Assembly: GCF_018350175.1 (NCBI RefSeq)
Contig: NC_058368.1
Span: 82,772,001 to 82,836,000 of the forward strand
Reading direction: 5' to 3'
Length of the DNA: 64,000 nucleotides
Source of the DNA: Felis catus
Lineage: Eukaryota
Shown: piece by piece, positions 14,918 to 26,989 of the stretch
Layout: every line of letters begins with the position of its first letter
Position numbering within the stretch: the stretch's first letter is position 1
Translations under genes and position numbers: made by a program
The notes under the pieces: generated by a model
Databases searched by the model: none
What the model was told of the DNA's origin: nothing
Seen by the model: the letters and a program-made list of their open reading frames with translations, nothing else

Positions 14918-15314
14918 AATAAAAATAAACATTAAGAAATAAAAAAAGTACCATTGGACCTAAACGTTGGAGGTGGTGCTACATACATGATGATGGAAAT
15001 GATAGATAATGACGGGGTTTCTTATTTTATTCTCCTTGTGGTATTCCCTTTTAGGAGCAGACATTAAAGACAAATTAAAATGTTATGACTTTGATGTGCA
15101 TACAATGAAGACACTAAAAAACATTATTTCACCTCCGTGGGATTTCAGGGAATTTGAAGTAGAAAAACAAACTGCAGAAGAAACGGGGCTTGCACCACTG
15201 GAAACCTCAAGGAAAACTCCAGATCCCAGACCTTCCTTGGAAGAAACCTTTGAAATTGAAATGAACGAAAGTGACATGATGTTAGAGACATCTATGTCAG
15301 ACCACAGTAGTTGA
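4281..15314 (+). CDS. CDC16: CDC16 (APC6, anaphase-promoting complex TPR subunit), last six coding exons; the 5' part lies upstream of the window
   Basis: Exons 4281-4433, 5986-6049, 8459-8520, 9630-9765, 11484-11574 and 15055-15314 all have AG/GT boundaries. They join in frame to CHLPMLYIGLEYGLTNNSKLAERFF...ETSMSDHSS*, matching the mammalian CDC16 C-terminus as recalled. Confidence 0.97.
5130..5592. mobile_element. TcMar-Tigger-type DNA transposon remnant
   Basis: tttttcgcatttttgtg, cacaagaaggctgtgatg, aacagaaacacatataaaacagg match a Tigger-family element as recalled; subfamily not assigned. Confidence 0.7.
5663..5877 (-). mobile_element. Young felid-type CanSINE with TSD TAAAGTTGAATTTT
   Basis: Near-consensus; about 110 bp upstream of a CDC16 exon. 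Confidence 0.95.
5986..6049 (+). CDS. CDC16: CDC16 coding exon (64 bp), WKTAEKWFLDALEKIKAIGNE
   Basis: ttttag|ATGGAAA ... AATGAG|gtatct; phase matches neighbouring exons. Confidence 0.96.
6925..7115 (-). mobile_element. CanSINE
   Basis: Reverse-complement body; TSD TATAAAACAGG. Confidence 0.9.
8459..8520 (+). CDS. CDC16: CDC16 coding exon (62 bp), VTVDKWEPLLNNLGHVCRKL
   Basis: tttcag|GTGACG ... CTTAA|gtaagt. Confidence 0.96.
8598..8716 (-). mobile_element. Short tRNA-derived CanSINE variant
   Basis: Head ggtgcctggctggctcag on the - strand; no CT tract. Confidence 0.8.
9630..9765 (+). CDS. CDC16: CDC16 coding exon (136 bp), KYAEALDYHRQALVLIPQNASTYSAIGYIHSLMGNFENAVDYFHT
   Basis: cttacag|AAAGTAT ... 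CACACA|gtatgt; lies within ORF 9517-9939. Confidence 0.97.
10084..10314 (-). mobile_element. CanSINE with TSD CCTTGGATCACTTT
   Basis: Full body and T-rich tail. Confidence 0.93.
11484..11574 (+). CDS. CDC16: CDC16 coding exon (91 bp), ALGLRRDDTFSVTMLGHCIEMYIGDSEAYI
   Basis: ttctgcag|GCCCTT ... TACATTG|gtaaga. Confidence 0.96.
11858..11970 (+). mobile_element. Short tRNA-derived CanSINE variant
   Basis: ggcacctggctggctca...gagttcaagccccacgttgggtgtaga. Confidence 0.8.
12310..13750 (+). mobile_element. Old L1 3' fragments interrupted by an MLT-like LTR (about 12825-13230)
   Basis: ggcaaagatttct...aaaattaagaacttt, accactttggaaaactgtt, attccatttatgtgaag are L1M 3'-end motifs. Confidence 0.6.
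14689..14946 (+). mobile_element. CanSINE with long (TC)n and TSD AAAAGTACCATTGGAC
   Basis: About 110 bp upstream of the last CDC16 exon. Confidence 0.93.
15055..15314 (+). CDS. CDC16: CDC16 terminal coding exon, ADIKDKLKCYDFDV...MSDHSS*
   Basis: ttttag|GAGCAGAC; TGA at 15312-15314; lies within ORF 15009-15314. Confidence 0.97.
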
Positions 15315-15518
15315 TTGCAGACAGATCTCCATTCCATTTTGCCTTGGGGGAGGTTGGGGTTTCCTCACACCCTTGTCCTGTCTTCAGAATTTCCCATTTC
15401 TTAACGCGAATCCAGACTGCACCTCTACATTTAGGAATGGGGGCCTGCCAAAAGAGACTGGACTGCACACCTTTGCAACAGGTGTTTTCTGACCCTACAA
15501 AACAATTATAGGTAGAGG

Positions 15519-15567
15519 AATAAAGAGGTAAATTGTGTATTATGTCTGTTTTTCCTTTTTCAATAAA
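15519..15567 (+). terminator. CDC16 candidate polyadenylation signals (AATAAA at 15519-15524 and 15562-15567)
   Basis: About 200-250 nt after the stop; the first is followed by a GU/U-rich tract (tgtgtattatgtctgtttttcc). Confidence 0.7.
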
Positions 15568-15569
15568 CT

Positions 15570-16900
15570 TTCATTTTCAGAATAATTTTAGTCTTAAGAA
15601 AAAGCTTCAGAGACTGCACAGAGAGCTCCCATAGGACCCCTAGACAGTTTCTCCCTGTTCTCATCTTACGTGACTTTGAAACCTTTGTCATGACAAAGAA
15701 GCGCACATTGGTACGCTACAAGTAATGGAACTCTGAGCTGTATTTGGATTTCACCATTTTCCCATTAATGTCCTCTTCCTGCCCTGCATCTTATCCAGGG
15801 GCCACACTGCACTTAGCTGTCACATCTCCTTGGGCTCCCCTTGGCTGTGACCATGTGTCAGACTTCTGTGACATTTGAGGAAGGGGATTTGAGGAAGACT
15901 GGTCAGATGTCTTGTAGAATGTCCCTCAGTTGGAGTTTGATGTATTTCTCATACTGGACTAGGGTTATTTGTTTTGGGGAAAAAGTACACAGATGGGAAT
16001 GAAGTATCTTTCTCATCACATGTCAGAGGGTATATAATATAACATGACTTATCACGGATGGTGTTAATCTTGACCACGTGGTTACAATGATGCCTACCAA
16101 GTTTTTCCACTGTAAAGTTACTGTTTTTCCCTGCCTGTAATGTGTGATTTAGAAGCAAATCATGAAGTTCAGCCTATCCTCAATAGGACCAAGGTTGTTT
16201 TTGTTTGTTTGCTTTTAAGACCAAGGGCTCCACCATCTGGGGGGGTCTATCTGCACATATTTGGAAATCTTCTGTAACAAAAATTTGTGTCTTCTCCCAT
16301 TTATTCAGCCATTAGTTAAGTATTATCAAAAATCAATATGTATACATATGTATATGTATACATATTTTGTATTTTAAGTTATAATCCTACACAATATTAT
16401 ATTAGGGCTTCATTTTTTTTTTTTAATTTTTTTTTTAACGTTTATTTATTTTTGAGACAGAGAGAGACAGAGCATGAACAGGGGAGGGGCAGAGAGAGAG
16501 GGAGACACAGAATCGGAAACAGGCTCCAGGCTCTGAGCTGTCAGCACAGACCCCGACGCGGGGCTCGAACTCACGGACTGCGAGATCATGACCTGAGCCG
16601 AAGTCAGACGCTCAACTGACCAAGCCACCCAGGCACCCCAGGGCTTCATTATTTCAACTTTGGCCATTGGGACCTCCTTGAGCCTGGCTCCTGTGTCCCT
16701 GTGATATAACCCCATCCATTTTTGTTGTGATTCTTTGTTCTGGTAAAATACACATAACATGAACTATGGGCTTTAGTTAATAATGCATCACTATTGATAC
16801 AAATGTCGCAGTGCAAGGTGCGGATACAGGTGTGGTGGGGAGCATGTGGGAACTTGTGCTTTTCCATTTTTCTGTAACCTAGTGCTCTAAGAAATTGTGT
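15570..16900. mobile_element. Old L1 (L1MC/MB-like) 3'-end fragments just downstream of CDC16
   Basis: gaagactggtcagatgtcttgtagaatgtccctcagttggagtttg, tttttccactgtaaagttactgtttttccc. Confidence 0.6.
16413..16639 (-). mobile_element. CanSINE
   Basis: TSD AGGGCTTCATT. Confidence 0.93.
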
Positions 16901-17154
16901 GCATGTGTGGGTATAGATATGGGTAGGTAGCCATTTTAACCAATTTCAAGTGTACATTTCAGTGGTACTTATTTCCAGTTTTTTTTCATTCTTGCAAATA
17001 AATTTTGTACCCATTTGGGCAGGAACTCCACACATGTCCTCCCCCCAGCCTTTGGTAACCTCTAATCTACTTTATGTCTGAATTTGCTTATTCTAGACCA
17101 TGTAAGTGGATTCACACAATATTTGTCCTTTCGTGTATGACTTTACCTAGCATA

Positions 17155-18068
17155 TTTTTTTAATAAAAGTATTTATTTTTGAGAGAGCATACAAGCTGGG
17201 GTGGGGCAGAGAGCAAAGGGGACAGAGGATCTGAAAACAGGCTGTGCTGACAGCAGAGAACCTGATGTGGGGCTTGAACTCACAAAACCTGAGATCATGA
17301 CCTGAGCCAAAGTCGGATACTTACTAGATGCCCCTATCAAGCATATTTTTAAGGTTCATTCCTGTTGCAGCTTTTACCAGAACTTTATTCCTTTTATGGC
17401 TCAATAATATTCCATAATGTACATCACATTGATTTATGGATGGATATGAGTTATTTCCATCTCTTGGCTATTGTGAATAATGCTGTGAGCATGCGTGTGT
17501 AAACATCTGAGTCCCTGTTTTCTGTTCCTTTGGGTATTTGCCTAGGAGGGGAATTGGCTCATGTGATAATCCAGTGCTTAACTTTTTATTTTTACATGTT
17601 TTTAAATATTTATTTTTGAGAGAGAGAGAGAGACAGAGTGCAAGCAGGGGAGGGGCAGAGAGAGAAGGAGACACAGAATCCAAAGCAGCTCCAGGCTCTG
17701 AGCTGTCAGCACGGAGCCTGATGTGGGGCTCAAACTCACAAACTGTGAGATCATGACCTGAGCCGAAGTCAGATGCTTAACTGACTGAACCACCCAGGAG
17801 CCCCATTCAGTGCTTAACTTTTTGAGGAACTGGGCAACTTTCTACAGCAACTGCCCATTTTACATTCCCGCCCCCAGAGCATGAGGTTCCAATTCCTCTG
17901 CACCCTCACTGGGACTTTTATTTTTTGTTGTTACAGTCCACTCCAGTGGGAAGTAGCTGTTTCGTTTGTGTTTCCCTAATAACTAGTGATATTGAGCATC
18001 TTATCCTGAATTTCCTGGCCATTTGTATGTCTGTTTTGCAAAACTGTCTATTCAGATCTTATGGCCAC

Positions 18069-18120
<52 letters not shown>

Positions 18121-18305
18121 AGTTTATTTTTTGAGAAAGAGAGAACACAAGCAGGGGAGGGGCAGAGAGAGAGAGAGAGACAGAATCCAAAGCAGAATCC
18201 ACACTCAGCACACAGCCCAATGTGGGGCTTGAAATCAAACTGTGGGATCATGATCTGAGCCGAAATCAAGAGTCAGATGGTTAACTGAGCCACCCAGGTG
18301 CCCCC
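17155..18305 (-). mobile_element. Three CanSINEs (about 17155-17335, 17590-17804, 18117-18305) nested in the L1
   Basis: Reverse-complement SINE bodies; the third abuts (TG)n at 18071-18116. Confidence 0.88.
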
Positions 18306-18769
18306 TTATGCCCACTTTTAAATTGAGCTGTTTCTTTTTGTTGTTGAGCTATAGGAGTCCTGTATTGGTTTTGAATATTAAATCCTTGTCAGATATGTGA
18401 TTTGCACATATCTTCTCCCATTCTGTGAGTTGTCTTTTCACTCTCTTGATAGTGTCCTTTGATATACAAATTTTTAATTGAATGAAGTCCAATTTATTGT
18501 TTCTTTTGTTTATGGTGTTTTTGGTGTCATATTTACAAAACCATTGCCAAATCCAAGGTTATGCAGATTTTCACTAAAGTTTTCTTCTAAGATTTCCATA
18601 AATTTACGTCTTTGATCCATTTTGAATTAATTTGTCTAAATGTTGTAAGCTGTGTTCAACTTCATTCTTTGGTGTGTGGATATTCAGTTTTCCCAGCACC
18701 ATTTCTTAAAGAGACTATCCTTTCCCCATTGAAGAGTGATGGCATTCATGTCAAAAATCAGTTGATGGT

Positions 18770-18918
18770 AGGCATATCTGGGTGGCTCAGTTGGTTAAAT
18801 AAATGTCCATCTCTTGGTTTTGACTCAGGTCTTGATCTCATGGTTTGTGAGTTCGAGCCCCATGTCAGGCTCTGTGCTGACAGCATTGAGCCTGCATGCG
18901 ATTCTCTCTCCTTTCGGC

Positions 18919-18975
<57 letters not shown>

Positions 18976-18995
18976 ATAAATAAACTTAAAGAAAA
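18770..18995 (+). mobile_element. CanSINE
   Basis: Head, long (TC)n, A-rich tail. Confidence 0.88.
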
Positions 18996-19974
18996 ATTGA
19001 TGACAAATATGAGAGTTTATTTCTGGGCTCTGGATTCTATTCCATTGGTCCATATGTGTATCCTTAGGCTAGTTCCACACTGTTTTGATTACTATAGCTT
19101 TATAAGTAGGCTTTGAAATTAGGGTGTGTGAATCCTCCAACTTTTTCTTTTTCAAGATTGTTTTGGCTGTTGTGGCTTCCTCGAATTACCATATGAATTT
19201 AGAATGTTTTTTCCCCCCATTTCTGAAAAAAGATGGCATTGGGATTTTCATAGAGATTTCATTGAATTTGTGTCTTCTTAATATTATATCATCTAATCCA
19301 TAAACAAAAACTGTCTTTCCATTTAATTATGTCATTTTTGATTTCTTCCAGCAGTGCTTGTAGTTTTCATTGTGCAAGTCTTTTACCTCTTTGGTTAAAT
19401 TTATTCCCAAGTATTTTATTATTTTTTTGGATGCTATTATAAATGGAATTGTTCTCTTAGTTTCCTTTTTTTGATTGTTCATTCCTAGTGTATAGAGAAA
19501 CAACTGTTTTTTGTGTGTTGACTTAGTATCCTGAATGTATTTATTAGCTTTAACAGTTTGTGCATGCGTGTATGTATGTGCACATGTAGAGCTTTCTACA
19601 TCATAGGATCATGTCATCTGCAAATAGAGATAGTTTTACTTCTTTTTTTGAATTTGGATTGTATTTATTTCTTCCCACTTGCATAACTTCTCTGACTCGA
19701 ACTCCAGTATTACATTGAATAGACGTGAGAAGCAGGCATCCTTGTCCTGTCCTTGATCGTAGGACAGGCTTGATCCAAGGCTTCAGTCTTTCACCATCAA
19801 GGGTAATGCTATTGTAGGTTCTCATCGATGCCCTTCATAGTTTTGGAGGAGTTCTCTTCTATTCCTACTCTATTGAGTGCTTAGTTGTTTCATCAAGAAA
19901 GTTGCAAATTTTGTCAAATGTTTTTTTGTTTTTTGTTTTTTTTTTTTTAGGTGGATCAATGTGATGATGAGGGG

Positions 19975-20395
19975 TAATGAGTTCTAGGATTTCAGGGCTG
20001 TTGAGGGAAAAACATGACCATAAGGTGGCAGTAGCATATTTTATTTGGGCAAGTGTATTTGAGCGGCTCTTTGGGGGCGATGTGGTAGCAGTGTGACAGG
20101 AAGAGGAGGTTAGAGAAGACTGAAGCACAGTGGCTGTGTGGTCCTTCATAGTCCCAGGGTGTGTCTTATGTACAGGTTGCAGATGCTGCGTGTAGATTTA
20201 CCCATTATGCAAAACAGGCAGGCTCTAGATGGCTAAAGATACGCTTGTTTAAGCTATATTTAAAACAATGATATGTGTAAAAATTGGACTTGGCATTGTC
20301 GGGCTTGAGCTAACCAACCCTGTCTGCTGTGAAGAAGTAAACAACATAGGCTTCAATATACAAGGGCCACATCTCTGGTTCACTTATATAACGTC
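19975..20395. mobile_element. LTR-like insertion interrupting the L1
   Basis: Non-L1 composition between colinear L1 segments; TG...CA ends near 19999 and 20382. Confidence 0.4.
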
Positions 20396-20449
20396 TTGAA
20401 GGTTTTTTCCTTCATTATATTAATGTGATAGTTTACATTGATTTTTTTA

Positions 20450-20668
20450 AATTTGTAAAAAAAAAAAAAAAAAGTGTTTATTTTGAGAGAGAGAGAGAGC
20501 GAGCAAGCAAGTGAGCAGGGGAGAGGCAGTGAGTGAGACAGAATCCCAAGCAGGCTCCACACCATCAGCGTTGAGCCCGATACAGGACTCGAACCCATGA
20601 ACCATAAGATCATGATCTGAGCCCAAATCAAGAGTCATGCTTGACTGACTAAGCCATACAGGTGCCTC
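20450..20668 (-). mobile_element. CanSINE
   Basis: Reverse-complement body. Confidence 0.88.
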
Positions 20669-23098
20669 CTACGTTGATTGATTTTTGTGTGTTGGACTGC
20701 CCTTGCAATCCTGAGATAAATCCTGCTTGGTCACATTGTATGATCCTTTTAATAGAATGTTTAATTTTTTGTTGAGTTTACATATATGCTCATAAGAGCT
20801 ATTTATTGGTCTGTAGTCCTCTTATAGTGCCTTTGTCTGGCTTTGGTGTTGGGGTACTGCTGGCCTCATAAAATGAGTGAAGTAGGATTCTCTCTCCTCT
20901 TCAGGTTTTTGAGAAGAACTAATGTTAATTCTTTAACAGTGAAGGCTTTTGGTCCTGGGCCTTTCCATGTTGGGAGGTTTTTGATTACTGATTCAATGTC
21001 TTTACTTGCTAATAGCTGTTTCCTCTTGAGTCAGTTTTGGTAGTTGGTATGTTTCCAAGAATTTGTCCATCCAGGTTGTTCACTTTGTTGGTTAACCATG
21101 GTGCATGGTATCCTGTTACAATCTTTTTTATTTCTATAAAGTCTGTAATAATATCTCCTCTTCCATTTTATGATTTTAGTAATGTCTTTTTCCCCCCTCA
21201 ATCTGGCTAAAGGTTTGACAACTTTGTAGCTCTTTTCAAAAAACCAACTTTTGATCTTGTTGACTTCCTCTGTTGTTTTTCTAGTTTATATTTCATTTCC
21301 ACTCAAATATTTATTATTCCTTCCTTCTGCTAGCTTTGGGTTTAGTTTGCTATTCTTTTTCTATTTCCTTAAGGTGTAGAGTTTTATTACTGAAATAAGA
21401 TTTTTTAACACAGTCATTTACAGCTATAAATTTCCCTCTGAGCACTGTTTTTGCTGCAGCCCCTAAGTGTTACACTGTGTTCTTGTTTTCATTTGTGCTG
21501 AGGTATTAGCTAATTTTCCTTGTGATTTCTTCTTTGACTCATTGGTTAAGAGTGTGTTGTTTAATTTACCACATATTTGTGGGTTTTCCAGTTTTTCCTG
21601 TCTTAGGATTTCTAGTTTTATTCCATTGTAGTTGGAAAGAATATTTTGTGTGATTTCAGTCTAAGTGTTTAAGACTTTTCTTGTGGTGTAATTTATGGTC
21701 CTTCCTAGAGAATATACCCTGTTCACTGGAGAAGATTGTATTTTCTGCTTTTGTTGGGTGGAGTGGTCTGTGTATGTCTGTTAGGTCTAATTGGTTTATG
21801 GTGTTTTTCAAGTCTTCTATTTCCTCATTGATCTTCTGCCTACTTATTCCATTATTGAAAATAAGGTGTTGACGTCTGAAACTATTATTATAGAAGTCTA
21901 TTTCTCCCTTAGTTCTGCCAATGCTTGCTTCATGTATTTTGGGGCTCTCTTATTGGATGCATATATATTTATACTTGTTATAACTTTTGACCCTTTTATC
22001 AATATATAATGTCCTTTTTGTCTCATAACAGTTTGCCAGCCCAGCTCTCTCCATTACTATTTACATGGAGTAATTTTTTCCATCCTTTTACTTTCACCCT
22101 TTTGTGTCTAAAGCAGGTAGGATCATATTTTTTTATCCATTCTGGTTTTTAATTGGAGGGTTTGATCTTTTACATTCGAAGTAGTTACTGATAAGGAATT
22201 TGTCTTGAGCTGCCATACAGCTATTTGTTTCTGTAAGTGTTACATATTTTTTGTTCCCTCCTTATCTTATAGTTGATTTTGTGTGTGTGATGTGCCATTT
22301 TGATACTCTACTATTCTGGGGCTTTTTGTTTTTTTTCCTCATGGCTACTCTGGGGATTACAATATCTGACTTAAATTTATAACAACCTAGTTTGAATGAT
22401 TCCAATTTAGTTTTAGTAGCATACATACACTGTTGTTATACGCCTCCTTCCCTTTCTTCTTATCACAGATTACATCTTTTTTCATTGTTCCCATTAACAT
22501 TGATTTGTAAATACTATTTTATTCATTTGCTTTTTAAATCATATAAGAAAAAAGGAGTTAGAGACCAAAAACCAAAAGTACACTAATACTGGCTTTTATA
22601 TTTACCTATGTAGTTATCATTACTATTGTTCTTTATTTCTTGATATGATTCCAAATTATTGTGTAGCTTTCTTTCATTTCAGCTTGAAGGGCTCCCTTTG
22701 GGATTTCTTAAAAGGGCACTTGTACTAGTCTACCAGTGATAAACTCCCTTAACCTCTGTTTGTTGGGGATGTCTTAATTTCTCCTTCCTTCTTGAGGAAT
22801 GGTTTAGCCAGAAAAATTTTTGGTTGACAGTGTTTCTCTTTTAAAGCTTTAAATATGTCATATAATAAAGGGATAGGGTTATATGCTTCATTTGTTGTAA
22901 CCCTTGCAAGCCTTCATCCTGACTTCACCAGGTATATTATCCTATGTTTTGCGGTTTCTGAGACATTTGTTCAGAGCATTATTAACAAAGTATTGTACAG
23001 AAATGAATTTTCCTGGCACCTGAAATGGTTCCTTAAGCACCAACTTTTTTTCTTAATCTAACATGTATTCCATATAGTTCTACCTTAAGAAGCTAAGG

Positions 23099-23154
23099 CA
23101 ATAAATAAATAAATAAATAAACAAATAAATAAACAAACAAATAAATAAATAAAT
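23099..23154. repeat. (TAAA/CAAA)n microsatellite
   Basis: Read directly from the sequence. Confidence 0.95.
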
Positions 23155-23213
23155 ATGATAATAATAATGGCTCTCATTTCCTGAGGTCTAACTCCAGGAG
23201 GTCTTTAAAGTAA

Positions 23214-23421
23214 GTTGCCTGGGGGGCTCAGTTGGGTAAGCGTCCAACTTCCACTCAGGTCATGGTCTCACAGTTTGTGGGTTTGAGCCCTGCATCAGGC
23301 TGTGCTGACAGCTCAGAGCCTGGAGCCTGCTTGGGATTCTGTTCTCTCTCTCCCCCTCTCTCTGCCCCTCCCCCACTCGTGCTCTGTCTCAAAAATTAAC
23401 ATTGAAAAAAATAAAAATAAG
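23214..23421 (+). mobile_element. CanSINE
   Basis: Head, (CT)n, A-rich tail. Confidence 0.88.
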
Positions 23422-25061
23422 ACTTTGTACATTTGAGGAATTTGAGTGCAGCTATAGCATCCTAGCTATTGTGTGTTTCAGCTTATGACAGCGAATGTCA
23501 GTTTAGTGCAGTCATGCACTTAGGTCGTGAGTTACCTGCTGCTCTTCAGACTCAAATAGTGTGGTTCTGAGTTTTCATCTTTCTATTTAATGGCTTTTTT
23601 TTATCTCTTTTCTATCAGGATCACATGTGCCTATTGTTATGCCTCCCCTCTTTAGCTGGGGCTGGAAAATCAAATGACTGAACTTAAAATAGTAATTTTT
23701 AAAATAGATAAAAATGTAGGTATTAATACTTTTTTCAAGTTTATTTTGCCTTCCAGATAAAATATTTCTTCCTGTAATTTCTTCATTGATCACATGGTAT
23801 GTTTTTTTAAGTTTCCGAAAAAGCAAACTCCTGATAAATGAGCCTAATTACCATATTGACAGTGCTTTAAGAAATGAAAGGCAAAATCCAAGCTGTTTTT
23901 CAGGTCAGCAGTCTAGTACCAATGTTTAGGCTTCAGAGCTTGGTTTACTAAAAAGGCATCCTTCTTGCCAACTTTAAAGTGATCATGCTGTCATTTTCAA
24001 AGGGATATGGGAGTGTTATGGTCACCTGCTGCTTTAAACCAGTGCCATTTACCAATTAGATGTGCTCCCAAGTAAAATGTAGCCTTTCCTGTGACAAGCA
24101 TTCACCCCAGGATCACATTCATGTGTGGCAAAGCAAAGTTACCTACTTTATTCACTTTGACATTTGGAGATTATTTTCTTTTATTGTCTGTAGTTCTGTG
24201 CGTATGTAAAACAATGTAAAAGAAAACGTATATAACAGGCTTGGCAGTATGTAGGAATCTAGACTTTCTTTGTGATGTACTTATTTTTTCATATAAAATC
24301 TTAAGCTATTTTGCAAGAGTATTTCATTCACTGTATCTTGAAATTTGTACTATAAGATTTTTTAATTTACAGAATAATTTCATAGTCATACCTGAATTCT
24401 AAAATTGTGTCATTTTTGTGAAACCATTTCTGAGAACCTTATTTGTTAATAACAGGAAGTAAAGAATCCGAGGAGTCTTTAAAAATTGACCATGGTGGCT
24501 GTTGGCTAGGGGAAAAAAAAAAAACATTTGGGCATTTTGCTGTCCAGATTGCAGTACACATACAGCAAACATGTGAGTGCCTGTAGGTGCCACCTACAGG
24601 CCTGGACTGGGCACAGAGTTGGATAAAGACATAGTTCCTGCCTAAGTGAAGGCACAGTTCTAGGTTGTTAGGGAATATTCAGCATTGAAACAATGTAGTA
24701 ACTAGCAAATGGAGGTATGCTTGAATTTCTGGGGATCTTGAATCACTTTGGCTGGGAAGATGTTGGGTTGGGATGAGAAAGACTTCAGGAACGTCCTTCA
24801 GGATAGGACATTCCAGGCCGAAGCCATAGCATAAACCGTGGCTTCACTACGGGGGCACAGTATGGACACAGGAATACCACAAAGCGTTGCACATGACTTG
24901 GGCCTAATGAGAACTCCCTTTCTGAAGACAGGAGCTCTTATCTCCATTTGACAATTTTGCTTTTTGGCCTAGTATAGATGTGAGTAGGTTTGTGGTATGA
25001 GGTTTAGAATCCTTATCTCAATTTAAAAACCTCACCAAAGAGCAAAAGATATTTAGATGAC

Positions 25062-25480
25062 TGTGTCAACCTGAAAATAAAGAGCCACAATGAGAGGCAA
25101 ATGAGTATTTATTTGGGACCAAAGAGTTGCAGTTTCGGGAGCACAGATTCAGGAAAGCAAGGTGGTTTTCATGAGGAAAACAAAGGGAGGTGCAATGACA
25201 TGATTTAAGGAAGAAATTTTTTTTCTATGGGTGTTTTAACAGGCTAGGCTACTCTGGGTTATATACTGACTGAGTGCTGATTCTGTCTTCAGAAAGTCCA
25301 CAACCACCAGACTTGTGATCCGGATGTCTGTCTGCTGACTTTTCAAACAGTTGCTTAAAACAACTGCCGTTTTACCCAGTGCAAAGGTTTTGACCCAGTT
25401 CAAAGGTGAGTATGGCAGTTTCTCTCCACTGGCCACTCAGACTCGATTTTAAAATGGCTCCAGTAATGCCAGTTTTTCAG
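25062..25480. mobile_element. Solo-LTR-like element (ERV1-like)
   Basis: Starts tgtcaacctgaaaataaag, contains tatttatttgggacc, ends ...tttttca. Confidence 0.45.
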
Positions 25481-25674
25481 TTGGTTAGTCTAAATAATAT
25501 CAAGAAATTAGAAAAGTAAAGACCTGCAAATAGATTGAGAGCAGTTTTTTAAAAGTCCAAATATGTGCTCTGTAAAGACTGCTGAAACATTCCAATTTTT
25601 CAAATGAATGGTTTTCACGTTTTTCAACATCAGCCCCTTCTGCATCTACCTCCTTTCCGTCTTTTGTATTAAAA

Positions 25675-25889
25675 GATTTTATTTTTTAATTTTTTTTGAC
25701 ATTTATTTACTTTTGATAGAGACAGAGCACAAGTCGGGGAAGAGAGAGGAGGAGGCACAGAATCCAAAGCAGGCTCCAGGCTCCAAGCTGTCGGCACAGA
25801 GCCCAACACAGGGCTCGAACTCACAAACCAGCAGATCAAGACCTGAGCCAAAGTCGGACTCCTAACCGACTGAGCCACCCAGGCGCCCC
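25675..25889 (-). mobile_element. CanSINE
   Basis: TSD-like TGTATTAAA.GATTTTA. Confidence 0.9.
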
Positions 25890-26394
25890 TGTATTAAATG
25901 ATTTTAGGTGGCAACCATATTTTCCTTCTTTTTATCACAGGTTATATCATCAGAGCTTTTGATCAGCATACCTAAACTGTCTGTACGGAGTTTATTTGAG
26001 ACCAAAAAAAAAAGAAAAAAAAAAAACCGTGGAGCAAGGGTGGGCAACCTTATCATAGGTGTGTTTCTAATAGGATTCCTTTAGATTTATGAAATATTGA
26101 CAACTGCTCCTTGCCCCCTTCATGGGGTTTTAGAAAACTGCTTTGGAACTGCTTTTTGAGTCTTGGCTCATTTAAAAGTCACATTCCCAGTGTGTTCATT
26201 GGTAGCGAGTAGTTTAAGGATAAAGCACTAGAATTAGGCCTGGACTTACCTCCAGTATCTGACAGTGACTCCCTTCATCTCTGTTTGTGCTCGGAAGTTC
26301 TTGGGAGAAAGATGCTATGAATGACAAATACAGCCAAGGTAATTAAAAAATAGAAAATATGAAAAAACGTGGCATTTAAAAATGAAGACCTGAT

Positions 26395-26595
26395 GGGGCA
26401 CCCAGGTGGCTCAGTCAACTAAGCATCCACTTCAGCTCACGTCACGATCTCGAGGTTTGTGAGTTCAAGCCCCGCGTTGGGCTCTGTGCTGACAGCTCAG
26501 AACCTGGAGCCTGCTTTGGATTCTGTGTCTGCCTCTCTCTCTGCCCCTCCTCCACTCGTGCTCTCTCTCCCTCTCTCAAAAATAAACATCAAAAC
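26395..26595 (+). mobile_element. CanSINE
   Basis: TSD-like AAAA.TGAAGACCT. Confidence 0.9.
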
Positions 26596-26989
26596 TGAAG
26601 ACCTTCTATACATTCTAATCTGAAGTGCTACTGCCTCTTAAGTTCATAAAAGAAAAATATATGAACGAGAACCTGACTTGGTTGCTGTCCCATTAATAGC
26701 TTCGAACAGTTGTGTAAAAATTGCTGCAAATCCTTCAGGCCCCGTTTTGTGGGTGCCCTGGGTCTGAGCAAGGCACTCGCCCCTAGAATGCGGGGCTCAG
26801 AGATGAATAAACTCTCTTTCTGAGCCGGCCACTTTCTGCTTCCAACTGCGGCGCATTTATTCTCCTCCGTATGGGGAAGCCATTTGTGCTGTTTGCCAAC
26901 CCCTCCATTCTTCTTAAGTGCTGTTCTCTGAAGAAAGGTTCAGATTTCCTTGGAAAATAAAATAGCTGTAAATACGTTGTGAAGCACGT

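Larger units (their letters stand above)
16925..22855 (-). mobile_element. Long degenerate L1M element (3' UTR through ORF2) with nested SINEs and an LTR-like insert
   Basis: Antisense ORF2 remnants include ORF 19601-19825 (SRTGQGCLL...KKEVKLSLFADDMIL, RT motif) and MDQWNRIQSPEIN; 3' UTR motifs lie near 17000-17500. Confidence 0.85.

Noticed and set aside
24026..24195. Two further small antisense exon candidates (24195-24147 and 24088-24026)
   Set aside because: The intron between them would be only 58 nt and both contain stops in the joining frame; too weak to include in the chain.
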